The position numbers and the translations under genes were made by a program. The notes beneath the pieces are model-generated. The model was not told the origin of the DNA. It worked only from the letters and a program-made list of their open reading frames with translations, and made no database searches. This document shows positions 12,001 through 17,011 of a stretch of 64,000 bases of DNA, in pieces (position 1 is the stretch's first letter; every line of letters begins with the position of its first letter). The stretch is from Candidatus Omnitrophota bacterium (GTDB taxonomy: Bacteria > Omnitrophota > Omnitrophia > Omnitrophales > Aquincolibacteriaceae), in the NCBI GenBank assembly GCA_035352955.1, contig DAOPYQ010000001.1:165536-229535 (forward strand), written 5' to 3'.

Positions 12001-13926
12001 AAGGTTCGGGAGACATTGATCGAACGGTGCACTTTTGATCGGCTTATCCGGAAGATCGAAAAAGATCCACGTAAGGCGACCCGCACCCGGCTCAAGCCGG
12101 TCCTCCGTGAACTTGGAGATCCGGGCTGGCTGTCCCAACGTTTGCTCGGCATCCATGACGTTTTTGCGCTTGTCTTCAACTTTCCGTTCTTCGGGATAGC
12201 GTATCTCCTGTCAGTCATCAATTTTGTGGCGGCCTTGCTTTTCGTTCCAAAGTTACTGATCGGTCTGGTTTTGCTCGGTATCGACCGGCTCCTGGAGCTC
12301 GGCGGCAAGGTCTTTTCGTCGGTGGCGTTTTTCCATTCCAAATATTCCGACTGGCTGGAGGTTCTCAATGATGCGGAAGACGGCGACACAGTCGATGGAT
12401 TTTTTACCTGGCTTGAGGCCCTTTGTAACCGGAGAACGACCGATACAGGTTGGATCGTGGAAATTGCCCGGAGACGCTCCATTTCCGCGCTCAAAGCCTT
12501 GAAAGTGTTCGTTCACGCCAATCCCGCGCTGGATCCGGAAGAATTCATGGGAGTTTTGGCGGAGATTTTGGCCCAGCCCGATCTGACCCGCGATCGTCGC
12601 CAGGTTCTTTGCGAGGTTTTGGTCGATTTCTACCGCATCGATGTTCCGCCGGAGGTGCTCGAGGAGATCCTTCTGTCGGCGCAGTCCACTTGGCGGGGAC
12701 AGTATCGTTCGTGGACGCCAATGGAAAAAACGAGGAACATGACAACGCTTCTGGATTTCCTGCGGCGGTTCGGGAGAGATATTCCGGGATTTGAGGCAAA
12801 GCCCTTAGACCAAAGGCTTCTCGTGATCGAGGCGTTCAAAAAAGATTTTGAACAGCTGATGGCGCAGTTCGGCGCGCGGCAAACGCGCGGGGAACCACAA
12901 ACCGTGCAACGCGCAACGGATAACGTACAACGATCGACGGAAGGGAAGTTATGGCTTGAAACGGAAAAACCGGAGGACGGAAAACGGATGACGGATGGAG
13001 TAAAACCTGGTTTTTCGCCATCCGCCATCCGCCATCCATTATCCTCCGCCGAAGGCGGCGACCGCGCCGAACTGCGCATCGTGACGGCTGAGCAGTCAGG
13101 GATCGCGGAGGAAGCGGTATCGGTCATTCTGACCCCCGGCAGGGTCCGTATTGAAAAACTCGGGAAATTGGCGGAGTCGATCGAACGAACGGTCCATGCG
13201 ATGACGCTCGACCGGTTTGCGGAGGCTTTGCGCGCGGCGGCGGTGAAGCGCCTTTCGATGATCGGGAGAAATGCGCCGCTTTTTTCAGCCCCGAAAGTGG
13301 ACGCGACGCTCGCGGAGAAAGCCGTCCGTTATTTTATGGATCAATTCAAGAAGGTGGATTCCAAGGGAGGTTTTGCCGTGGCGTTCGATTCCGAGGCGGA
13401 CCGGGCCCTTGAAGAGGCGCTCTTCCAAATGAGAGACCGGATCGGGCTGGCGATCTTTCCCAAAGAGTTGGTCAAACGGCTCAGCCCCAAGACACTTCGC
13501 GGCGTTCCTTATAAGGTTGTCCATGGTTTTCGGAGGATGAGACTGCCGCTTTCGGTGGAGAACAGCGGCGCGGTACCCGTGATAGGTGGCAAGGCGCGGG
13601 TTTCCCGAGAGGAAGACGGGGAGATCTTCAGCGTTCTTATGGAGGCGTCCGATGTGGAAGGAGAACCGTTCCTTGAAGTGGTGGAGAAGGTCGTCCAGAT
13701 CCTGAGCGGGCTTGTGGCTGCCGGGCAGGTCAAAAAAGCGGGTGAGTTGAAAGATCTTCAAAAGGCGGAGGAGATCAAGGCGGCTCTTCTCAAAAAGCTT
13801 TTCGAGGACCAGGGCGCTTCAGGGGTCATTGCTATCCGGGGCGGCAAGATCTTTGTGGACCGGGCGCTTCTGAGGGATTTTCTGACCCAGTACCTGGCGG
13901 CGAAGGTAATTGGGCAGGCGGCATAA
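25..13926 (+). CDS. Giant multidomain protein of 4633 aa, 5' end possibly off-window. It carries helical repeats, two beta-propeller-like blocks, two multi-TM blocks and ten conserved linker modules
   Basis: One stop-free frame of 13.9 kb. Frame 1 has no stop between position 1 and the ATG at 25. The antisense frames are broken into short ORFs. The product contains recognisable blade-like motifs (SPDNRWFF, SDDGTLAAV, SPDKKRLFVIN) and two hydrophobic helix clusters. No named family is recognised. Confidence 0.8.
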   Translation: MPIAVGWVVPQMTALLNTETLRRVSPETRERFWEYLFQREVLGKPIHPTNHGPALRAFLLSDGVKALTVEELEAMFGMFLFEYVKTPFNKNPGIRVRVPVSLPVFYFAEKLYASPQWKSMTDPSARLAMIRLVNSDPFEFGVVTPTAGAFRPGMRATWGGTVDWTVPALFEKTFAVLRHAAQELDGSKDPGSFEQIFGRSRQKMKQILEQVNARLERGEAQPDAGSGPQTPKPDSEGKLWATAPEAQSAERKAQRTTKNGDSTFTVARGASNADGVRRAELRTQAGLFSEEQTWFNTLSFKNPGEKQELFDLMLSFLRHGDFVYENRYGPDAGDVEYIRERGFSLLKELWDSPGFQRLQTAEERRSVLGSLKNQLFQTDSSTFASPVSLPFFHAFLSEQALGKMTEPQDRQKALMFFARFSESLARESDGFLALLEGRGNPQIWNSPEKEKLWAMIQKIIVADGKRYPDFFPSKAFSALQDVLGGEGFRRLTEPAEREKVWKILSTIPGYAGWEPEEGLGMFSKLINGPGFARITDPSERMELFPMFFELLNMLKKTRSQYFSNGNVISLFGELLGGNGFAGKAGAADRKAVLEIARLLLMRQEAGAFEMFRKFLDVVDATGGSQEFSEVLADFLKRSESADGDAVKTLLAEEAVQRLVLPAEQVNARLTRGEVQAVPGFRPPVSGEKEGKLWFGTAKPEDGKRMTDGVKPGFSPSDILHPSSKGDGRLKTKGFSTSDIRSPQSVSKGGERAEVRAAGKTSEFAPLRPVDLGRYEWFRQIAGPARKKEVTEIVQSVHAAIRQYISVREQEPALQVFEKMLGNEMFEKGLNAGERILALEAAQKILSNSGAHENRAFRTWILLIDSREFAGLVYPGERRRVCLIAGEIPQYAKHNSLFTLEGFWDLLSSGSTEKLGRAERFWMLETARAIIKNVEINRSAILSEYRKLLESPGFVQPLDAVGEQGLLASHLAPAEQLKILQIVQTIPAVAKEHTPEFLGELRSFLASEGFTQITAPVEREAALGIVRRVLKYVKSDFGRAIELVWAILGSEEFRNLSDPDVRLSFLEIVDRIFQWAGVERMNDLWSLKESLAAAKSSDFTRILKEFSEKTQGVTGAMARARTAQEVFEAMLRMAPQVQARESRGEPQDVQRVANGAQRGVEGKLWFGTAKPEDGKRMTDGVKPGFSPSDILHPSSKGDGRLKTKDFSTSDIRHPQSVNEDGRRAELREEQLTDMELNWFNSLTFRNGEERLALLEALETLVRQSGYSYGSFSWGNPSWIEGMSGSSTDPDEINVPILDILKSFWGSPGFAVLSEPKERIRSLRIVKTILTFVGMADSGDALNRFAGILDSRGFQSVKDPDLREALFTAVETLSGETRGPLHRVLELMERSSFEALEKRVKLTLIPFFSVMVFNEIPLSVQYPFFKEKFEKFFPAFADLAGPSRRRLIEDRKEFVRQFFASPAISEQVSPVDLSLVFCSPASGEDFFRRFCEILSRIPTGISGSDLAPWVQEAVRMFDRIRSQLSARESRGEPQDVQRTANGAQRAVEGKLWFEKAKPEDGRRMTDGDKAGSSPSAIRSPQSVNEDGSRAERKAQRTTKNGDSTLTVARGTSNAPQSGSRAALNPVDLVRLRQNPGGSVRAELRATAAEWQEAYEAVNEFGALLKWKGDYADLSGAHGDRPLLMVPNNRERRIDLIDLKTLREKTIHGRPVSEWTGRAVNDQKLSPDNRWFFGREVNAISHLVDLENGADFRDAGGRTITEIVDSRYDAYVWFSGDSSMLFVLQGPLQVLELKKPDHPRASVEKIREAFGNDVNNMAFSDDGTLAAVQYSYDSRIELVDLVRGEKVLGPDGKPWKKKATKYTQLEPFKFLPGTHIFWTRGYEGNAVAHDPYGEADKLSPARPLSELIPEYADHLQISPDKKRLFVINCPGRKIGLSDDTENEGFWYDLKTGKEILIGGEPFSKKLGKGFTRAELSRDESFLWVFRSMEDAQLLDTVTWKDRTINGVKWADLITLHNPMFLEGGRLFLCPAGSGMGMRVLDPAKFEKNPVFRKFIERGKLAVRTSMKFIDVFGSLAAAGTIRNGTELRTAARFLIAIRHFGEWSEKLNNFIREAAHSENSGEKFTELWREMIQAAAAASWDRDRITVLANQLIERLERIEEQQAARETRGEPQTAQRTVNGAQRGEEGKLWFETAKPEDGRRMMDGVKPGFSTSDIRPPQSVSEDGSRAELRGTAGQEILDPQSFDSILEFIRAEPSEVVRGRRAERMFAAFLSAHPKEVNETNLGKLYRAIEPICGEAIGYGIALFESLARTSESARASFSAGNLEILIDRFLATPPRSSARAYFQGMVARFWVAHPEVFDKTVAGSLIEKIDLAPTEGRDTFLRFLEYFDRQDGNVFDPETLGLFLRKFERDMVRAPIAKRSSMDMGLLSDVIEKLTSKTQVLDPGLFRTYTALASMTSMPGGYGYDRYAETLGDFFRKYYGLQLDKDVLHVLSRRIWGLVLGERTQGKKGELIYSCPFLASWEQNLSALAEIFRPVSGQDHLPQTTVDVLEKSLVLLSEQVGARQTRGEPQAAQRTANGAQRGEEGKLWFETAKTEDGRRMTDGVKPGFSTSAIRHPLSSAEGDGRAELRATAGEWTKAFETMREFGALLKWNGNTLDLSGVHSKNPLLMIINEARGWVKLIDLKTLREKTAKGRPVSEWIGWTADDRKLSPDNRWFFWRDASGLIHLLDLERGEDFRDPQGRTIEKISPSSKTIIRVWFSSDSKSLFFQDVLGRCSILELTKSKIPRVTKEKIQKLIDAGILDWALSDDGTLLAVDRVFPGSGSGLELIDLVRGEKVLNADGSLWRKSLPDRTSLVKFKFLPGTRIFWARTYEGNAQIYDPFGEAAVLSPAVPLEALISKCASEVVLSPDKKRLFVINNPGDGQGGIDYRRSEGFWYDLVTGQEVMVKGEPFSKKLGKGFVRATFSPDQSSLWILSWGRGGTFGLLDPLTWEDRKINGVEVGRLLPHDVPEFLGEGRVLIHTSGIERRFRILVPEKIEGDPVLKKVVGRGKFAPEVSMAILESLGFLTMVGAVQNGAELQTALEFLTAIHNFMEWYKRLGVFIQKFDFSEDLSGRFSALWHETMFDAAGVAGDRDRITVLANRLMDRFQQIEKQQVAREIRGQPQDAQRGTDTPRGLGKERPDVQRGEEGKLWFETAKPEAQSAERKAQRTTKNGDSTLTVARGTSSAPQSGARAELRAKEQKEKAPFLPSLKSIEKKLKKDPGYATEKNFEPFRRVLNGEDKEFQKTLAYMCKYAFPVASFFFYYGLVGIGYFLLAVFFVLFGDLTLLNSLDRGVMPYLLFLTWPSFVLGGGIAYFFDEVRINVQRMAAAFRALSIFLKYNAFFSRPEFEMLAWGRIISKKVLEHNVWERLPESQKHLLQKLAFGVLNQMYQWGFSEKLADKFARDVSDFTSKYPNSREDIIAILTQASQRYHAGAKEAEIVAFVSERLKKIEEQKRAREARGEPQDAQRATDNVQRSSEGKLWFETEKPEAQSAKRNAQRTTKNGDATLTVARGTLSAPQSDARAEKRERNFDWFWKMPHGAEKTQTWQLVKNILGVLKKQRTSDGERDLDALKDFLVSKEFVGLAAGDRVRLLALLGRFAGKAEWIAVQHLQFLFRGEVQAIMDPVERAKLFEVVDVFAGNLQQFGWEFASCNWFLYQMRLFSGKKDPLVQARVWEIAKTIAARREGDSRWAISAFGLFLNSEKFSKILDPGERLKVLEIAAAIAHYSKDMTESAQDEDGESYLRWAGFDGLQSLLVAPGFVKIEDPALRMSALEIAKILATRPQWNEGGFLGEFLQCLEEASGSPEFPGVWKDFSRDFGQAVTEEAKRAAAETAYQTLVHLAIQAKAREVRGQAQIAQRATHTPRGLDTERPDAQREVEGKLWFETAKPEDGSHGTASPKRMTDGVKPGFSKSAIRHPLFSAEGGARAELRATEAVPAKTWREKIASKVRETLIERCTFDRLIRKIEKDPRKATRTRLKPVLRELGDPGWLSQRLLGIHDVFALVFNFPFFGIAYLLSVINFVAALLFVPKLLIGLVLLGIDRLLELGGKVFSSVAFFHSKYSDWLEVLNDAEDGDTVDGFFTWLEALCNRRTTDTGWIVEIARRRSISALKALKVFVHANPALDPEEFMGVLAEILAQPDLTRDRRQVLCEVLVDFYRIDVPPEVLEEILLSAQSTWRGQYRSWTPMEKTRNMTTLLDFLRRFGRDIPGFEAKPLDQRLLVIEAFKKDFEQLMAQFGARQTRGEPQTVQRATDNVQRSTEGKLWLETEKPEDGKRMTDGVKPGFSPSAIRHPLSSAEGGDRAELRIVTAEQSGIAEEAVSVILTPGRVRIEKLGKLAESIERTVHAMTLDRFAEALRAAAVKRLSMIGRNAPLFSAPKVDATLAEKAVRYFMDQFKKVDSKGGFAVAFDSEADRALEEALFQMRDRIGLAIFPKELVKRLSPKTLRGVPYKVVHGFRRMRLPLSVENSGAVPVIGGKARVSREEDGEIFSVLMEASDVEGEPFLEVVEKVVQILSGLVAAGQVKKAGELKDLQKAEEIKAALLKKLFEDQGASGVIAIRGGKIFVDRALLRDFLTQYLAAKVIGQAA
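655..885 (+). repeat. Linker module 1, type B (..EGKLW..AQSAERKAQRTTKNGDSTFTVARG..RAELR), with GCGCAACG..CGTTGCGCG hairpin
   Basis: Near-identical nucleotide block shared with modules 4, 7 and 8 and with the intergenic elements near 17.6 and 18.7 kb. Confidence 0.85.
2017..2297 (+). repeat. Linker module 2, type A (EGKLWFGTAKPEDGKRMTDGVKPGFSPSDI..), with internal tandem duplication of the PGFSxSDIxxP unit
   Basis: Near-identical to module 3 at the DNA level. Contains the hairpin acggatgacggatggcg..cgccatccgacatcc. Confidence 0.85.
3433..3705 (+). repeat. Linker module 3, type A with internal duplication
   Basis: RGEPQDVQRVANGAQRGVEGKLWFGTAKPEDGKRMTDGVKPGFSPS.. Hairpin stem of 14/15 bp at about 3547-3595. 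Confidence 0.85.
4592..4890 (+). repeat. Linker module 4, composite type A plus type B
   Basis: RGEPQDVQRTANGAQRAVEGKLWFEKAKPEDGRRMTDG.. followed by AERKAQRTTKNGDSTLTVARG. The type B hairpin cgcaacgcacaacg..cgttgaccgttgcg lies at about 4786-4850. Confidence 0.85.
6506..6712 (+). repeat. Linker module 5, type A
   Basis: RGEPQTAQRTVNGAQRGEEGKLWFETAKPEDGRRMMDGVKPGFSTSDIRPPQSVSEDGSRAELR. Confidence 0.85.
7710..7915 (+). repeat. Linker module 6, type A
   Basis: RGEPQAAQRTANGAQRGEEGKLWFETAKTEDGRRMTDGVKPGFSTSAIRHP..RAELR. The hairpin has a perfect 13-bp stem (ggatgacggatgg/ccatccgtcatcc). Confidence 0.85.
9494..9742 (+). repeat. Linker module 7, type B with extra insert (GTDTPRGLGKERPDVQR)
   Basis: ..EGKLWFETAKPEAQSAERKAQRTTKNGDSTLTVARGTSSAPQSGARAELR. 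Confidence 0.85.
10520..10738 (+). repeat. Linker module 8, type B
   Basis: RGEPQDAQRATDNVQRSSEGKLWFETEKPEAQSAKRNAQRTTKNGDATLTVARG.. Confidence 0.85.
11698..11955 (+). repeat. Linker module 9, type A with insert
   Basis: ..EVEGKLWFETAKPEDGSHGTASPKRMTDGVKPGFSKSAIRHP..RAELR. Confidence 0.85.
12870..13078 (+). repeat. Linker module 10, type A
   Basis: RGEPQTVQRATDNVQRSTEGKLWLETEKPEDGKRMTDGVKPGFSPSAIRHP..RAELR. Confidence 0.85.
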
Positions 13927-13977
13927 GGTCTGAAAATCTCAAGTTTCAGGTCTTAAAATCGGACATTTATCCCTTCA

Positions 13978-14005
13978 TTGACACGTCCTTCCTTATCAAT
14001 ATAAT
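13978..14005 (+). promoter_or_regulatory. Near-consensus sigma70 promoter, TTGACA-16nt-TATAAT
   Basis: ttgaca at 13978-13983 and tataat at 14000-14005, about 60 nt upstream of the CDS at 14067. Confidence 0.6.
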
Positions 14006-14066
14006 AACAACCTCTTTTGTTTCAGATGTTTACGACAATTCTTGTCCCCAAAGGGTCGAGGTCTCT

Positions 14067-15245
14067 ATGGAAAACGGGCGGAAGAGCGGTTTTTTTATTT
14101 TTTTTATAGCTTTTCTAATGGCTTTCAGTGTGGTTGCTCTCGCTGAAGAGGCCGATGAGACGACTCCAGATGATCTTGAGGACCAGTATCGCGAGGAACC
14201 GGTACCGGCTTCCCAGGAAGTGACGCTGGCCGGAACTGAGACGCCGGTAACGCCGTCGCCCGCGCCAGTCAAGCCGCCGGTGTCAGAACCGGTGGTTGCA
14301 GCTACGGCGCCTGTGGTTTCCCAACCGGAAGCACAAGCTCCGGTAGCGAGTTCTGAGGGAACTTCTGAAAAACAAGCCCCGGGAGTGAGCCCCGAGGCAG
14401 CGGCTCAAGAACAAGCTCTTAACGCGGTAGAAGCGGCGGCACCGGTTGCGCCGGCCGCAGCGGTTGCTGAAAAAACAGTCGCGGTTGCGCCGGTTAAGGC
14501 CCCGGCGGTCGCTGCACCGGTCCAGACTCCCGCGCTGCCTTCAGGGCTCGTGGAGATCGGCGGGTATAAATATCCGGTTTACATGTTCGTTCCGCGGGAA
14601 TATCAGGCGGACCGGACGTATTCCATGATCATGGTTGCTCCGGCAAAAGATGTCACGGCGCAGGACCAGATCGAATACTTGAGCAAGTTGGCGTCGCGGC
14701 GGAATGTTTTTATCCTTGCGCCCTACGTTCTTTGGCCCAAGTCGGGAACGGTTCCGTACACGCTTGACGAATGGCTTTTGTCGGTGAAGAACGACGTTCT
14801 TCAGAGGTATCCGATCAACAAGAAACGTGTTTTTCTTCTCGGGAAGGATTCGGGGGCGGAGTACGCGGCTTATCTCGCGACGAAATACCCCGCGGAATTT
14901 TCGGGAGTCGCCCTTTTGGGTCAGGCGTGGGACGGAACTTTCGCGCCGCTGGTGCATCCGCAGTCGGGCGCGGCCAATCAGATGCCTTTTTATATTGCCC
15001 TGAAAGAGGGATCGGACGCGAAGGCCCGGAACCAGCAGTGGCTCGATAAGTTCCAGAAGGACGGTTATTCGCTTCATCTGGTCGAGTATCAGAAGGACGA
15101 AGACCTGACGCCCGTTGATTTTAAACAGTCGGTCCTGGATTGGCTCGAATCGTCCAGCGACAATTGGGCCAGCGTGCAGGCCAAAGACCGGCAGGGATGG
15201 AAGGGCAAGCTCAAAACCGGCGTGAAGAATTTCTTCGCGGTCTAA
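14067..15245 (+). CDS. Secreted or membrane-anchored protein. N-terminal signal/TM, Ala/Pro/Val-rich linker, C-terminal alpha/beta-hydrolase-like (esterase-like) domain
   Basis: N-terminal hydrophobic segment FFIFFIAFLMAFSVVALA. Low-complexity PVxP/APV tract of about 130 aa. C-terminal region with LLGKDSGAEYAAYL and an alpha/beta-like arrangement. The GxSxG motif is not canonical. Confidence 0.4.
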   Translation: MENGRKSGFFIFFIAFLMAFSVVALAEEADETTPDDLEDQYREEPVPASQEVTLAGTETPVTPSPAPVKPPVSEPVVAATAPVVSQPEAQAPVASSEGTSEKQAPGVSPEAAAQEQALNAVEAAAPVAPAAAVAEKTVAVAPVKAPAVAAPVQTPALPSGLVEIGGYKYPVYMFVPREYQADRTYSMIMVAPAKDVTAQDQIEYLSKLASRRNVFILAPYVLWPKSGTVPYTLDEWLLSVKNDVLQRYPINKKRVFLLGKDSGAEYAAYLATKYPAEFSGVALLGQAWDGTFAPLVHPQSGAANQMPFYIALKEGSDAKARNQQWLDKFQKDGYSLHLVEYQKDEDLTPVDFKQSVLDWLESSSDNWASVQAKDRQGWKGKLKTGVKNFFAV

Positions 15246-15269
15246 TCCTTTCTCAAAGAAAGAACTCTC

Positions 15270-16955
15270 ATGAAGCTTACAGGCGCACAGATCCTTATCA
15301 AGTGTCTTGAAAAAGAAGGTGTCCGGCACGTGTTCGGGCTCCCGGGCGGGGTCATTTTGCCCACCTACGATGTGCTGTACGATTCAAAACTTAAGCTTAT
15401 CCTGACCAAGCACGAGCAGGGAGCGACGCACATGGCGGACGGTTATGCGCGCGCGACGGGAAAACCCGGAGTTTGCATCGTGACTTCCGGTCCGGCGGCG
15501 ACGAATACCGTCACAGGGCTGGCGACGGCGCATATGGATTGCATCCCGATGGTTTGCATTACGGGGCAGGTTGTGACGCACGCGATCGGTTCCGACGCGT
15601 TCCAGGAAGTGGATATTGTCGGGATCACGCGGCCGATCACGAAACACAATTTTCTGATCAAAGACGTTAAAGAGATCGCGAGGATCGTGCGCGAAGCGTT
15701 TTATATCGCCACGACCGGGAAGCCCGGACCGGTGCTTATTGATTTCCCGGTCGACGTAAGCCGCGCGATGGCCGAATTTGTATGGCCTAAGGAAGTCTCG
15801 ATCCGTAGTTATCAGCCCGGGATCGAACATCCGGAAGCGGCGGCTCAGATCGGGCTTGCGGCGGAACTGATCCACGCGAGCAAGAAGCCGGTGCTTTATG
15901 TCGGCGGCGGCGCGATCATCTCCGGCGCGGAAAAAGAAGTTCTCGCGTTCGTGGAAAAGACCGGGATCCCGGTCACGACGACGATCCTCGGGCTGGGGGT
16001 GTTCCCCGAAACGCATCCTTTGTCATTACATATGCTCGGGATGCACGGGACGCATTACGCGAATTATTCGGTCCAGAACGCCGACGTATTGATCGGAATG
16101 GGCGCGCGTTTTGATGACCGTGTGACGGGCAATATTGCGAAGTTCGCGCCGCACGCCAAGATCATTCATATCGACATCGATCCGGCGGCGATCTCGAAAA
16201 CCGTGCGCGTTCATGTGCCGGTGGTTTGTGACGTGAAGGCGGCCCTTGCGAAGTTGAGCCCGCTGGTCGGGAACAAACGCCCGGAGATACAGCCCTGGCT
16301 TGATCAGATCGCGGAATGGAAAAAGAAGTTTCCGATGAAATATAAAACGTCGGGTTCGAAGATCCATCCGGCCTATGTGATCGAGCAGATCGGAGAGGTG
16401 ACTCGGCATCAGGCGGTCATGGTGACGGGTGTGGGCCAGCACCAGATGTGGACGGCGCAATGGTACAAGTTCATCCGGCCGCGAACGATGTTGACTTCAG
16501 GCGGTCTTGGGACGATGGGCTATGGTCTGCCCGCGGCGATCGGCGCTCAACTCGGCATGCCGGAAGAGACGGTGGTTTGCATCGACGGGGACGGATCGTT
16601 CCAGATGACGATGCCGGAGCTTGCGACCGCGGCATTCAATAAAGTCCCGATCAAGGTTTTTCTTCTCGATAACGGTTACTATGGCATGGTCCGCCAGTGG
16701 CAGCAGCTTTTTTACAAACAGCGCTATTCGGGTTCCGTGATCGGGCCGACGAATCCTGATTTCATGAAGCTTGTCGGCGCGTACGGGATCCTGGGGATCC
16801 GGATCAAAGAGAAAAAAGAAGTCGTGCCGGCGATCAAGAAGGCCCTCGCGCACCGCGGGCCTGTCGTGGTCCAGTGTTTGGTTGCCCGCGAAGAGAATGT
16901 GTATCCTATGGTCGCGGCCGGTAACGCGCTCGATCAGATTATGGACATGGCCTAA
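15270..16955 (+). CDS. ilvB: Acetolactate synthase large subunit
   Basis: TPP-enzyme motifs such as GGVILPTYD, FQEVDIVGITRPITKH and GTMGYGLPAAIGA. 561 aa. Confidence 0.95.
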   Translation: MKLTGAQILIKCLEKEGVRHVFGLPGGVILPTYDVLYDSKLKLILTKHEQGATHMADGYARATGKPGVCIVTSGPAATNTVTGLATAHMDCIPMVCITGQVVTHAIGSDAFQEVDIVGITRPITKHNFLIKDVKEIARIVREAFYIATTGKPGPVLIDFPVDVSRAMAEFVWPKEVSIRSYQPGIEHPEAAAQIGLAAELIHASKKPVLYVGGGAIISGAEKEVLAFVEKTGIPVTTTILGLGVFPETHPLSLHMLGMHGTHYANYSVQNADVLIGMGARFDDRVTGNIAKFAPHAKIIHIDIDPAAISKTVRVHVPVVCDVKAALAKLSPLVGNKRPEIQPWLDQIAEWKKKFPMKYKTSGSKIHPAYVIEQIGEVTRHQAVMVTGVGQHQMWTAQWYKFIRPRTMLTSGGLGTMGYGLPAAIGAQLGMPEETVVCIDGDGSFQMTMPELATAAFNKVPIKVFLLDNGYYGMVRQWQQLFYKQRYSGSVIGPTNPDFMKLVGAYGILGIRIKEKKEVVPAIKKALAHRGPVVVQCLVAREENVYPMVAAGNALDQIMDMA

Positions 16956-17011
16956 AAGACAGCTGCCGGGGGCGGGGGTCCGCCGCAGGCTCAAAAAGTG
17001 AGGAAAAATTC

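Noticed and set aside
1856-13127. Many minus-strand ORFs inside the giant gene: 1856..2233, 1989..2177, 3240..3590, 3317..3646, 4161..4808, 4511..4978, 4900..5757, 5941..6843, 6360..6662, 8884..9654, 11299..12494 and 12630..13127. Several share the peptides MSDGEKPGFTPSVIRFPSSGFAVPNHNFPS or MAKNRALRHPSSVFRPP.
   Set aside because: These conserved peptides are simply the reverse-complement translation of the repeated linker modules. The ORFs are short, overlap the 13.9 kb plus-strand frame, and recur only where the repeats are.
13927-13965. Possible terminator hairpin ctgaaa..tttcag right after the giant ORF stop.
   Set aside because: The stem is only 6 bp, AT-rich, and not followed by a convincing T-tract.
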